In this document: in pieces, positions 36,051-49,582 of the stretch
Position numbering within the stretch: position 1 is the stretch's first letter
How the letters are laid out: every line of letters begins with the position of its first letter
Assembly: GCF_006345805.1 (NCBI RefSeq)
Contig: NC_043011.1
Coordinates: forward strand, 2,728,001-2,792,000
From: Octopus sinensis
Taxonomy: Eukaryota
Length of the DNA: 64,000 bases
Reading direction: 5' to 3'
Notes under the pieces: model-generated
What the model was told of the DNA's origin: nothing
Database searches by the model: none
Seen by the model: only the letters and a program-made list of their open reading frames with translations
Made by a program: the position numbers and the translations under genes

Positions 36051-36699
36051 CATCTGCACAGACTGTAGATTTCTTGGATTTGAAAAGATATTCAGTAACA
36101 GTTTTCTCATTCTTTCTTTATTTCGGTTTCCTCTATTACAGTATGGTTATTTTTGTTTTTCAGTTGCAAATTCACAGATAAAACTCTTGGTTATCTGTAT
36201 AATATTGTAGTATACTTCTATAATTTTTAGTAGTTTGTTTTCTAAGGAAACTTTTTTTCTGGCATTTCTCTTTATAATTAGTTTTATTTGATTGAAACCC
36301 TTCCAGCAACATCACTAGAAGTTACTTTGACTAAACTTTTGTCATGGATACTATTCAAAGCTTTCAACTGCATTCACCAAACTACTTAGCTAGGTTTCTT
36401 TAGCTCAGATACTAATAATTTTAGTGTACTTTAGAGAGTCAATTCCTACCTGACACATTTGTTTTCTTATATAAGTAATCTATTTTCTGTTACTTCAAAC
36501 TACACAAACCCATGCCTAATTGACTGATACTAACCCTCATTCTTTACGTTTTATAACATAGGCATCATTCACACAATTTAGACACCACATACTAAATAAT
36601 TACCTGGTAAATATCCTTCAATAAGAATAATTACAACATTTTACTCCATCAACAGCCCTAAAGCACGCTCATATGAATTTATATATGTAAACACACACA

Positions 36700-37351
36700 C
36701 ATGTAATCATTAACATATCTGCACTAAATGATCTTATTTACTTCGGACACCGTGGATAATGGTGACCTTCACAGAACCTATGAGATTGTGAGGATGTCAA
36801 TTAGTCCCCCTTTCAGCGATACTCAGAGGGTAGCAGTCTGTGGGATTTAAATCTGGTGAGTTTGAACACGACAAATTTGGTGTTACACGATCCTAGGGTG
36901 TCTGAAATTCCTTCTTTGGATATGTGGGTTTGGTGGAAAGATGCTGACTCTCAATGAAACACTTATGACCTTCCATTGCATACTTCATACATCCAGGGCT
37001 TAACAACTAACTCCAGCACTTCAATGTAACCAGAAACAGTAATAATACTAAGACACTTTGGAGAGATGTGACGTGGCATGACATGATCTTCATCACCTAC
37101 CACTCTTGCAACCATTACAGTTGCTGGAAACTTAACCTTAGCTGGGGGGCATCAGAAGGATCTGCACAAAATGATTTTGCAGCATTTAGAAAGCTGGCAA
37201 TTTCTAAATTGCTGTGTTCTGCAACAATGTCTGCATGACTTCTCATTTTTTGTGTTAGCACAGCATCTTCCACATGGGATAGAAATAAAATCCTTTTAAT
37301 TGGTTCAAAATACTGATCATTAAGTGCCTTCAAATACTTCTCACATCCTGT
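36700..37351 (-). mobile_element. maT/mariner-like transposase relic
   Basis: KFPATVMVARVVGDEDHVMPRH...YIEVLELVVKPW...NSPDLNPTD with frameshifts; end TACAGGATGTGAGAAG at ~37351. Confidence 0.7.
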
Positions 37352-37384
37352 ATATATTTGTATATGCATGGTGATATTCTAAGA

Positions 37385-37800
37385 GGTGCAGGAGTGGCTG
37401 TGTGGTAAGTAGCTTGCTAACCAGCCACATGGTTCCGGGTTCAGTCCCACTGCGTGGCATTTTGGGCAAGTGTCTTCTGCTATAGCCCCGGGCCGACCAA
37501 TGCCTTGTGAGTGGATTTGGTAGACGGAAACTGAAAGAAGCCTGTCGTATATATGTATATATATATATATGTATGTGTGTGTTTGTGTGCCTGTGTTTGT
37601 CCCCCTAGCATTGCTTGACAACCGATGCTGGTGTGTTTATGTCCCCGTTACTTAGCGGTTCGGCAAAAGAGACCGATAGAATAAGTACTAGGCTTACAAA
37701 GAATAAGTCCCGGGGTCGATTTGATCGACTAAAGGCGGTGCTCCAGCATGGCCGCAGTCAAATGACTGAAACAAGTAAAAGAGTAAAAGAGTAAAGAGTA
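37385..37800 (+). mobile_element. SINE family B, full copy
   Basis: Same head, core and tail as 27773-28195. Confidence 0.9.
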
Positions 37801-40612
37801 GAGTATACCTATATTTTATTTTAGTATTATTTTATATAATTATTGAAATTGATAAAATGTATTTTATTTAGCTTATATACCGTTATTTTCTCCCAGCTTA
37901 ATTGGCAGATTTTCAAAATTTGTTCAACACATGACTTTCCGATGGTAAATTAATAGAAACTTTTAGAAAAAAAATTTTTTTTTTCTTATATAAAGAGAAA
38001 ATTTACGATATATTAATTAGATTTAAGTGCAATGCATAAAACTCATTTATGAAGCTTTACAGCTAAATAAGTGAAAAGTATACATGCTCTACTTTTGAAT
38101 ATTAAGTTCTATTGGTGTATGTAACACCAACATTTACATATATATATATATACGTGTATATAAATATATACGTGTATATATATATACGTATATACACACA
38201 TACATACACACACACACACACTCACACATATATTGCATGTTATTGCTTACATGTTTCTTAATGCATCACGAAAAATATTAATGTCTTTCTGATTAAAAAA
38301 ATGCTAATGTAATTAATAATAATAATGATATTGTTATTAGCTCTAGCAGTAGTAGTAGTAGCAGCGAACTGTTAGTGAAGTAGTTATCTATACATCTGTG
38401 TCATCCCCATATTCAGCAGTAATATGGTCATCAATATTCTGTTGTCTTATATTTAATTACAATTATTTGTCAAAAAATATATATATAAAAAAAAACGAGA
38501 CATTTCCATCATTCTAGAAAGTGGTGATGTTCTAAGAGATTGGCATCGGACATCTGATCTTGCACTCAGCTTCAGATATCCCCCATCAACACCTCTGACA
38601 TCATCATCTTTGCAATGACTATCAACCAACACCACTATCAATACTGACATCAACATCACCCCCACCCCACCCCACCACCACCACCACCACCACCACCACT
38701 AAGGTCAAGGACACCTGAAGTACTCAGTCATAAACATCACTCAATTAATTCTGTAGGAGTTATGGCAAATTAAAAATATAATGCTAAGTCACCTTTTAAA
38801 GTCTACCAACTCTTGCCATTTGATATCAAATTGTTTGTGGTAGAATTAGTGTGAGTGATGTTTGGAATTATTGGCTTTCTGTCATATTGGAAGTCATAGG
38901 TTCTAATTAAATTAATTCTGATTTAATTAAATGTCATTGTATGCAACTATCAGAAAGAGCAGGCAAAATTAAATGCTTCAGGTAAAGAACAAACACAATA
39001 ATTTGCTTCTTTGAGCCAAATGTAGGAGCCCCTATATAGATGCTAAACCTACAAAAACTTACAAAATTAGGAACAGTAGACAAATTTCCTTTAATCACCT
39101 CTCTGCCATCTTGAACTGAAAAAGAACATGACGGACATTGTATTTCTGCATAAATGGAAAGATGATAGTATCACTGCGACTAGAATGTTTACCATGGGTC
39201 TGCTTAAGAACCATAATTTGGGTTATTATGATGGTTGTGTTACCTCCAACACCACAGCAGAAGAAAAGAATGTGATGCCTGGATGTTGTAGTTGCATGAA
39301 AATATCATGTTACTTCAGTATCAATATTTCTTTTAAATTGCAATTAACACAATAATACAAAGTGCAACAAGTCTAGGTATTTGATATTAGATATAGGATA
39401 TTTATGTGGAGCTTGTGACAATAATCTAACCAATGAATATATATTAATAATTCCATATCAGAAGATTTGAAATTTACAGCACTTTATAATTCACTTCCAT
39501 CCCATATATAATTCATAGGAATAAAACTAATATTATCTTCTTACATATTAACTCTCTATATTTTAATACAACAGGCAGTCAGCTGGCATATATAGATGTA
39601 GATCATTTGACTAAAATCCCTCTAGTTTTCATATATACCTGTCAGCCTTCCTGCCTGTCTATCCACCCATCTGTCTGTCTATATATGTATATATATGTAT
39701 CAAAGTTAGTATATATTAGTCAATGAAATTCCAACATAGTCTGAGTTTCAAGTCTTTGCTTAGTTTTTCATACCAGTTTAAGTCAAAAAAGCCTGTTCAA
39801 AGAGTTATATTTATCTACTTGAATCTATGAATTGTTCTAAGTGACCTTTTCTTAATCAACTCTTATGTTATTCAGAGGCATAGAACACACAGAATTGCAT
39901 TGGTTCTGCTTAAAATGATGTTTCTAATAAAATGTTGGTTGTAGTAGTAATGTTCTGGTTCTCCAATTTTCAAGGATATGGCTTCGATATTAAATCGATG
40001 TTAATAAAGTTGCTTGAAACCATAAAATTGACTGCTACGCCTGTCATCTAAGCACAACCATTTCTAATAAAAGATAACAAATGAGTAAGAATTTTACAGT
40101 GAGCCATAAAGTTCTCATTGTTGAAAGCTTACTAATCTAGATTAGGTGTAAGGGTTACCTCTGGGATAGATAGCACCATGCTTTCTAACTTGGTTTTCCT
40201 CTTAGAGTTGTCTATTTTATGAGCATGATATGTAAGCCTGAAAGCAAAGATTATAAAGTTTATCCCTAGAAATTCCCGTTTTATTAATGCAAACCCTACT
40301 GAGAACCACTTCCTACTGAAATATTAATCCAGGGGTAAATTCAATTCTCAATGTTCTCTGGCATCTTACTTTATTTATTATAGTCTATGTGACATGACTC
40401 AACTGCATTTATCATCTAACGAAACATAAAGACAAATTGGATTTTTTGAGATTGCACATATATGTATGGATACACTGATGGAAAGTTGGTTGCAAGTTTG
40501 TTTGGTTGATATCCTGGTTTTATATTTTGAATTTATCACCAATAGAGAAAGAACTTACGTTTATATATTTGTTGTGCAAGATTTTTTATGTGAAATCGTG
40601 TGTTGAAACAGA

Positions 40613-41018
40613 TATTGTTGTATTTCGGAATGGTCATTTTGCCAGTTTAGCCAATAAAAATGCACGCACTATATATTTGGTGTTACTTTGCTTCAGTGTT
40701 ATTTATTTTTTACATTAAACTTAATCTTATTTCGGCCAGAGTTCTTTCGTCACACTCCTGTGACTGCATCAGTGGAAGACACATACAATAGAAATACAAA
40801 ATGGCTGATGGTTAGTAAGGAGAGACACACAAATAAGAAAGAAGAAAACAAAGGACCACTGATGCGGTTACAGGAGTGTGACGAAAGAACTCTGGCCAAA
40901 ATAAGATTAAGTTTAATGTAAAAAATAAGTAACGCTGAAGCAAAGTAACACCAAATATATAGTGCGTGTGTTTTTATTGGTTAAACTGGCAAAATGAGCA
41001 TTCCGAAATACAACAATA
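40613..41018. repeat. Fold-back element with 163-bp arms, each carrying a hammerhead-like motif
   Basis: 40613-40775 is the reverse complement of 40856-41018 with scattered mismatches; 80-bp spacer. Confidence 0.88.
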
Positions 41019-41118
41019 GAGAAAGAACTGGTTTCTAAATTAGAAACAAGTCTCTTTCATTGAAATTAATGTAAGATCAATAGGGTAGTTATGCATATAT
41101 GCATATAAGCCAGTAACA

Positions 41119-41152
<34 letters not shown>

Positions 41153-42641
41153 TCTGTATACACACACAAGTGTGCAGGTATTGATGTAATTGCATGTATG
41201 AATCTGTTATCTTTTGAACTGACTACATCTGAACGGACTATGCAGGCACAAACATTTTGCATGTCTATCTGTTTGTATATGTACTTATTACATGAAAATC
41301 TAGAATGTTTCACGTACTTTAACAATGCTTTTGGCAGCTTGTAAAAGTAATCCCTTGACTACACACATTCTTTCTCTTATTGTGAAACTCAACTGCTTGA
41401 TATTGGTATTGAAGTATTTAAATTTTCCAATAATTATAAGCAGAAATCTTAAACTCTAGCTTGAATAGGGTAACTGCAGATTTTCCCTTCATTCAGCACA
41501 GCTTTTCACTAATTTCTAACATTATGTTCACACTTAGTGGGCAACTGATTTCAAGTATTGTACTTAACTTCTCTTTATCTGGTTTGTTATACTTGCATTT
41601 GTTTGAAATCTTGACAAGAACAATTCACCAGTGTTCTTTCATATTAAGTATGATTATGACATCAATCTCTCTGCTTATGTTTGTATCCCCAAGATCAACC
41701 TTTCTATGGGTTTTGTTCTATGCATTCATGATAATTTTCAAATTGAGTTAAAATTCAATAGGAAAAGAAAGGAAAATATTTCAAAGTAAATTGTTATTAA
41801 ACTTTACAGAAATACTTGAGTTAATTTATCAATCCTTATCGCATGTTGTAAGGGAAACTAAAACTTGAAAGCAGTTTGTGCTGAAGATTTATAAAAAAAG
41901 AAAAATCATATAATTTTACATTAATTGAAAAAGAATCTTGGTTAGAAAAATAGTTATCTTGAAATGTATATTTCACTGATAGATTTCGTCATGGGAAACA
42001 AGAAAACAATTTTCTAAAAATTAAAACGTAAAACTTCAATGTTAACTGAAGATTAAAATAAAATAAAAATAAAACAGGACTTTGAACTAAGGAACATATG
42101 ATATTTTGAGATAGCAGAAGGTCCTTTGCTGAAGTAAAATTCAATAGAATAATAGCAAAAGAAATAAAAAAAAAACATCATCATCGATATAATTGAAATT
42201 ATAACTAAAACAAGGAATGTTCAGATTTAGGTCTTCTAATCAATTATTTTCAAACATTTTACTTTTTCCATTTGTTTTGTTTCATTTTATATTTAATTTT
42301 TAATTTATCAGTTTATTTTTGTATATCTTAACTTTTATTTTTTCTCTTCAATGTATTTAATATTTTTGTATATATCATTATTCCATTAGTTTATTTCTGT
42401 ATCTATATAGATGATATTGTGAAGCATTTCCAGTCAGTTTGTTTCATTCAAAATATCCTGTTTCATTTTAATTTTAGCTTTAATTTACGTGCACAGTTTT
42501 GAAGGAGGAGGAAGGAAAAAATTAGAACTTGTCAAACTTCAAAGTGTATTCCAGTAACAATATTTCTCCATTCGAAGAGAAATTGTTTGCTTTGTTGTTC
42601 CTAATATAATCTATTTTATTTGTTTATTATTATTATTATTA

Positions 42642-42676
<35 letters not shown>

Positions 42677-42829
42677 GCAATTGCATTGTACACTTGCTAA
42701 TTTCAGACATCCAACATGTACGTTACATTATCAATTATTATTATCATTATATTCAGTTGTCTTATTATTATCATATGCTTCCACTGCTTTACAGATAACA
42801 CCTCTATGCACCTTGAAAATGGGCAGTGT

Positions 42830-43260
42830 TTTGTTATAGACCTTAATTTTCTGTTGCATCGGCAGTATTCTAAGAAATATGTGTTCAGCGCCTTGTATGA
42901 ACACTGTGCGTATTTATAAGTCCTAGAGTTTGAACTGTGTATTTGTCTGCCAGTTTGTAATCATTCCTAAAACACCTATAATTGTTTCTATCTTCAATTA
43001 CCTAATTATACTTATCTTTGTTTCAAGATAATTTTGTCTGAATAATTTCTCCATTCCTTTTGAGATTTATTATCGTAATTTAGAACTGATAACTGGATTA
43101 AGAGGAACTTACTTTTCCAGTGATTGTTCCAAATAATTATTGCTGTATTTCATTGTTTTAGACATACTTTAAGAGTTTGCTTTCTTGGAACAAGCGTTAC
43201 ATACGTCTTGGTGACCATGCATAGACATATTCAACTTAACAAGGATATTTGTGGTTAACA
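42830..43260 (-). mobile_element. Possible second R4-like RLE relic
   Basis: Faint IETIIGVLGMI...GAEHIF.RIL similarity to the R4-type C-terminus. Confidence 0.3.
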
Positions 43261-43929
43261 AGAATGTTTAAGGTTAACAAATGCTGTCTGAACAAATACT
43301 CTAACACAGATAAGAAATCCCATCTTAACTAATTTAAATTTAATCCTTAGAATTAATTTGTCGGTGTGTATATGTGTATATACATATATATGTATATGTG
43401 TATATACATATATATACATACACATAAATAGAAAGATTGAATATAAAATAAAACATATAACAATGATTAAGTAATGTGCAAAATAATAAATAAAACGTAT
43501 TTATTTGGTAGAATAACGACACATGTTTCGTGGCTATATTTAAGAAATGATAATAGTAAAAATAATAGTAGTAGTAGTAAAATCACGTCAATATAAATAT
43601 AGTCATTCTGCAGTGACTATATTTATATATAGTCACTGAAGTCTTTTTATATATAATATAAATATAAAAAATATAGGGTGTAACTTATCTAAATGGTATA
43701 ATTTAATTTTTCATTATTGAATTGATAAAAGGTGTTTTTTCTAATTTATATATATATAATATTTTGTAAAATTTGATTTAGTATTTCTAAATTGAAATTT
43801 TCCCTGTAAGTTTGGAACAATATTCCCTCATATTATTATTATCATATATATATATATATATATATGTAGGTCCCGGGTTGATCCGGGGTTAACCACAGTA
43901 AGTAAGGTACTCAATACATAGCAGAGTAA

Positions 43930-43970
<41 letters not shown>

Positions 43971-44031
43971 GTGTGTGTGTATATGTATGTATATACATAT
44001 ATATACATATATATACATATATATATATATA

Positions 44032-44403
44032 GGCGCAGGAGTGGCTGTGTGGTAAGTAGCTTGCTAACCAACCACACGGTTGCGGGTTCAGTCCCACTGC
44101 GTGGCATCTTGGGCAAGTGTCTTCTGCTATAGCCCCGGGCCAACCAATGCCTTGTGAGTGGATTTGGTAGACGGAAACTGAAAGAAGCCTGTCGTATATA
44201 TGTATATATATATATATGTTTGTATGTGTGTGTTTGTGTGTCTGTGTTTGTCCCCCTAGCATTGCTTGACAACCGATGCTGGTGTGTTTACGTCCCCGTC
44301 ACTTAGCGGTTCGGCAAAAAGAGACCGATAGAATAAGTACTAAAAGGTGGTGCTCCAGCATGGCCGCAGTCAAATGACTGAAACAAGTAAAAGAGTAAAA
44401 GAG
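44032..44403 (+). mobile_element. SINE family B with internal deletion
   Basis: Family B sequence lacking the GGCTTACAAAGAATAAGTCCCGGGGTCG block (junction at ~44341). Confidence 0.88.
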
Positions 44404-44456
44404 TATATATATATATATATGCATATCTATATATGTATATGCACACACACACACAT

Positions 44457-44503
<47 letters not shown>

Positions 44504-44505
44504 TA

Positions 44506-45095
44506 TATGGGTACAGGATGTCGCAAACCATAAACAACATGAAACCTGAAAACAAAAGAGTATAAACAAAATACATAAACAATGAGAGATATAAATGGAA
44601 AACAGGACAAGTAACATAAAGAACGACCTTCCATCAGTTGTCAGCTGTCCATCTACTCCTCATTTCGAGCATGGATAGCCGACAACTAATGAAGGGTCAT
44701 TCTTTATGTTACTTGTCCTGTTTTCCATTTGTTTCTCTCGTTTATGGTTTGTGACGTCCTGTACCCAAACATGCATGTATATATGTGTATAGATATATAT
44801 ACATATATTCGTAAATATGTATATATATATAGGTATATATATATGTGTATACATATATATACATATATATGTATATATAGGTATATATATATGTATATGT
44901 TTATACATGTGACTGTGTGTGTACTGTTGGTGATTTTTTCCTCCATCTTCCCTTCCTTGGATCTTTCCTTTTCCTATGTTTCTGACGAAGAGCTCTGCTC
45001 GAAACGTTAAATCCTCCTTCTTTCTTTCCTTTCCTGAGTGTCCAACAATACTATACTTGTTCCACATCCTTGCGTTCTGTTTTCTCTTTGTGCTT
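44506..45095 (+). mobile_element. Penelope-derived non-autonomous element (inverted pLTR + hammerhead)
   Basis: Arms 44506-44652 and 44671-44770 are inverted with an 18-nt loop; minimal hammerhead at 44979-45011. Confidence 0.65.
44979..45011 (+). ncRNA. Minimal type I hammerhead ribozyme candidate
   Basis: TTT-CTGACGA-A-GAGC-TCT-GCTC-GAAAC-GTT-AAA: intact CUGANGA and GAAA cores, 4-bp stem II, palindromic loopless stem III and a GUU triplet. Confidence 0.65.
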
Positions 45096-45350
45096 TGATG
45101 AGTGGATTAACTGTATATATATATATATATATATACATAAATATATATATATATATATATGAATATATATATACACACACAAACACATGCATGTATGGTA
45201 CTTTTAAAAAGCTTATGCAGCCTTCCATATCCTATATATCTCTCAACCCTCCCTTTCACACTTTTCTTTTTCTTTCTTTTGTAATTCCTAATGACAATTT
45301 CATACTTTTTGTATCTCTTCAAGTCTAATAAGGAAAAATTTACTGTTGCT

Positions 45351-45390
<40 letters not shown>

Positions 45391-46957
45391 GCAACTGCAG
45401 AAGTATTTGCAACTCAGCAGAGCTTTCAGTTGTCTTTAGTAGTTTGTAAATATCACAATTATACTTTCCATCTCATTTTCTTGAAATTTTGAAGAAAGGC
45501 CAAAAAATTTATTAGCTAAATTCAGCTGAGTAAACACACTTATACTCACAAACATGTACACACAAACACATGCACACAAGCACACACACACGTGCACAAA
45601 CACGCACACACATCTGCATTCTCATAAAACATAAGCATCTATATATATACATGTACACACACATTAATGCACAAAACCTCAGGCAAGATTTAATGGGGCT
45701 GCTATTTTATAAACTTTAAAACAAAATGTTATGTGTATGCAACATTATTTGGACTAAAAAGAAAATTAGGAAAAAATTATTCTGCAAAATCAGTGCAGGG
45801 CATGGTGAATTTACATGTTACAAAAACACACAAATGCATCCATACACATATACAGAATAAATTTGGAAAATGTTGAATGCAAAGTGTATAATAATAACAA
45901 CAACAATAATAATAATGATAATAATAATCATTTGTTTCATGGGCACAAGGGCTTGAAGAGGAAAAATACAAAACTTTTATTTGGGTTACAAACAAAGAAA
46001 GTAAGAAGACATGGAGTGAGAAAAACATGTATGTAAATATGGAACGGAGAGCCTGTAAACATTATATAACATGTGGAAAGCCACATTAAGATTTTAAAAG
46101 GACATATGGTTTCCCATGGTACCAAAGATAATATAGGTTATATGTCTAACACTAGCCTTGCTAAGAGGAAAGAAAACACTATATTAATATATGATTCACA
46201 CTTTCGGTTTCTCTTTATGTTAAGACTTGTGAGGTAGAATCATCATTAGATTAATAGAAGAAAATTTTTCACAGGCATACAAGAAAAATAGAAGACAGAG
46301 TACAACTATCTAACATCAATAGAAAGCTACAACTTGTTTGCAGAGATAACATCACAGACAAGAGCAATGTGCACAAATGGATGTATAAGTTTCAAGATGA
46401 TTAAACCATACAATGGGACAGCAGTGGTTTCAGCCACCGAAAAGAAAATTAATTCACACAGATGAATGAGTCACAATCCATGAGCTTGTTGTATAATTCT
46501 GGTCACAATGAATTTCTACAAAAGGTGATGAAGATTTTGGGTATTGGAAACAGGACACTACATACATACATACCTATATATATATATAATAAAAGAAGAG
46601 TGAAAAAACTACAGAAGGCTTGTGTTATATGGTTAAAGAATATATTTAAGTTGATATATTAGAAAAATGTTATAAAATTTTGAGGATAGTAACATAGTTT
46701 TTGGAGAAATAACCGGTTTCGTATTTTCTTTTCAAATTTCTTTACCTACATCGTGTCATGTCTCCGCTATGTTGTGAAATATGGAGTTCCAGGCAGGGGA
46801 AGGTAATCAGGGATTTTTTCCAGTATAAGGGAGTTAATCAAGCATGTTGGGAATGACTAATTAAACATGATTGAGTTTAGAAGGAATAGAATGTAGTTAG
46901 GTTTTGCTTTATATTTTTTTCAATGTGATGAGTTTCCTTTTTTAAAAATGTTAGAAA

Positions 46958-47510
46958 TGGTTAAGTTTTGGCTTATATTTTTCAATGAAGAAGGTTTCTT
47001 TGTTTAATCTAACTTGTGTTCCATTAGCTCATTGCTAATGGAAAGATTATAAATTGTGGTAGTAGTTGCTTTGCACATTTCTCAATATGCTCACTAAAGG
47101 GTATCATTCTGTATTCTGGGAATGCAATCTGTTGTCAATGCAGAGTGCATCTGCATCTGAGCGATGATCCAGGGGTCCCTATGTAGTTTTGGTGGCAGCC
47201 CGAGCATCTTATGATGTAAATTAGGTTTTCTGAAGCACAAGTGAAATTAGATTTGATTTTGAATATTTTTCCCTCTTTGAAGAGGAATTCTGATCTTTCT
47301 AGAAGGTTTGGGCATGTTGTGCAATTTGGTCTACCACATTTTTAAACTTTTGCATCCGTTATTTCAGAAAATAATTTTGTTTTGTGATGATCTTTTTAAG
47401 TAATTTTGGTTGCTTGTTGTTTTTAATGATTTTTTGTATGTCTAAAATTTCCTTTAATTTGGTGTCCTTATGTAGCATCACCCAGAATTTGCCAATGTTG
47501 GTAAATCACT
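46958..47510 (-). mobile_element. Penelope-like element 3' relic (Cys linker + GIY-YIG)
   Basis: KCGRPNCTTC...FKIKSNFTCASENLIYIIRCSGCHQNYIG...LR.RC.LH...FSEHIEKC...KETFFIEKYKPKLN. Confidence 0.8.
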
Positions 47511-47882
47511 TTTAGGTCATTTGACCATATAAGAGGATTTCAACAACATTCTGCTACTCTCATACGACTCCTGCATTTTTCTTCTCCTCCTCCTCCTCCT
47601 CCTCCTTCTTCTTCTTCTTCTTCTTCTTCATTTATGCATATGACACTGCTACACACACCACATACCCCCTTCTCACAGAGACACCACATCATAAATACAA
47701 ACATTCCCCGCCTCAAGATAACACGTGCTTGCTTCACAACATACCTAACCAAGGGACATAACTCCTAGTCAAGTCTCCTGGACCATTTTTTCATTTCACC
47801 ACCTGTTTACAGCAGACGTCGACCAGTTGTGCTAATCCACCTCTGGCAGTGGAGAGCACTCACCATATTCCCTTCCATGTCA

Positions 47883-47970
47883 GCTATCTCTGATGAGCGT
47901 ATTTATATAATTATATTGTTACCTAACACTCCATTGTATTTTTTGCATGAAACCGATTGGTAAGACCAGC
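47883..47970 (+). ncRNA. Type I hammerhead ribozyme candidate in a pLTR
   Basis: GCTATCT-CTGATGA-GCGTA...TGCAT-GAAA-CC-GATT-GG-TA-AGACCAGC with a GUA triplet. Stem II is weakened by apparent CpG decay. Homologous to 30246-30335. Confidence 0.55.
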
Positions 47971-48292
47971 CATGGTGGATACTTAATACCATAAAATTTG
48001 GATAATATACCCACTCTACTAACAGTTATATGAGGAGTGCATCTTCTCCCTAACTTATGGTCTCTTAGGTGACTCATATATATATATATATATATATATT
48101 GTTATACGTGGGGATAATCACTTTACTTTTCTTTTTGCCAATTAAACAGGCATCATTTACTGGATGTTCACTTTAGTTTTTATTCGTGTTATTTTTAGTT
48201 TATACTTTTATCAAAGTTCCTTCATTACACATCTTGTGATCTCATCACTAACACTCTGTCCCATGTATGTCCCCTTGTGCTGCTTGTGCAGA

Positions 48293-48335
48293 GTCACTGA
48301 TGAGGTCACAGAATGTGTGATGAAAGAACTTTGAC
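48293..48335 (+). ncRNA. Minimal type I hammerhead ribozyme candidate
   Basis: GTCA-CTGATGA-G-GTCAC-AGAATGT-GTGAT-GAAA-G-AA-C-TT-TGAC: 4-bp stem I, 5-bp stem II, 2-bp stem III and a CUU triplet. Confidence 0.6.
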
Positions 48336-49582
48336 AGACGTATAAACTAAAAGTGATCGAAATAAATACCAAAGTATAGGTCAAATAGCTAGAGTGTGTG
48401 TGTTTAAGTAGCAAAAAAAAAATACAGGAAAATTGCAGCAAAGCTTGCATGATAATTGTGTCAGACATGGCATGCAGACCATCATATAACTTCTTTTATT
48501 CTTCTCTTTTATTTTATTTTGACATGCACATTGTGTTCTTTTTTCTTCTCTTTCATATTATGAATTCAGTGTGTGCATGGTGCATGCACATTGCTTGTTC
48601 ATACTTCTCTTTCTGGTTTCTCCTCAAAACTGTTTACAGATCACAACCATCTCATGAATGAAGGTTTGCGAGGAACACTTCATGCTCCAATGTTTGGGAA
48701 AAAAAAATTACCATCTTCAAGTGCAATAACATTTGTTTCAAACACATGTATGTATAGACCAATAATTACATGTATACACATAAACAGGATAAATAGGTCC
48801 ACATAAATATATACCTACACATCAGCATATATTGACATATCCACTTATTTATATATTCATATATGAAACAAGACTTACAGAAGATTAGGTACTGAAGTCC
48901 TGTTGGTTACATAAAGTAGTGAATATAAGTCAATATATGTACTGGAGGAATCACTGCCTGACTAAGGTTATAAATACTCTGATAAATCATAAATTCAGGA
49001 GCATTAAACAGAACACAGAATTTCAAACACGTATTTCAATGCTGCAGATAACCATATCTTATAGACTAACAGCTGTAAAGATGGCACAAGTAATAAACAT
49101 GTTATAATTACATTACAAACCATTTGATTGACACCTTGATAAACAACATTACTCTGTATCATATAAATCAATACTGAAAAGTGATTGGAGTGAATAATAG
49201 ATTACAAATGGTAATTATAAACAGTGATTATAAAGATAGAAAAGATAAATAGATAGTTAGTAAAATAAGTAGTGCAAGAGTGGTTAGCATATGGACAGTG
49301 AAGTTGATAATAAAGTTTTACAGTTCATGAATAATTAAATGCTGTGAGATGAAGTTTTGAGAAAAACAAACATAAACACCACTGTAAAGAAACAGTGGCT
49401 GAAAGTGTGACTAAAGATTAAAAACTGAAAGCCCACTACTACTAATAGATGGTTGATTTTAATGAACGTCAGTATTTAAAGAGTATAACACACACACACG
49501 CACACACACACACACACGCACGCACACACTGACACATACATATACATGTGTGCTTGTTCTGTGGAGTTCTATTTATTGTATA

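Noticed and set aside
43868-43885. CCCGGGTTGATCCGGGG hairpin as a Helitron 3' end
   Set aside because: No CTRR terminus at the expected distance and no identifiable 5' end.
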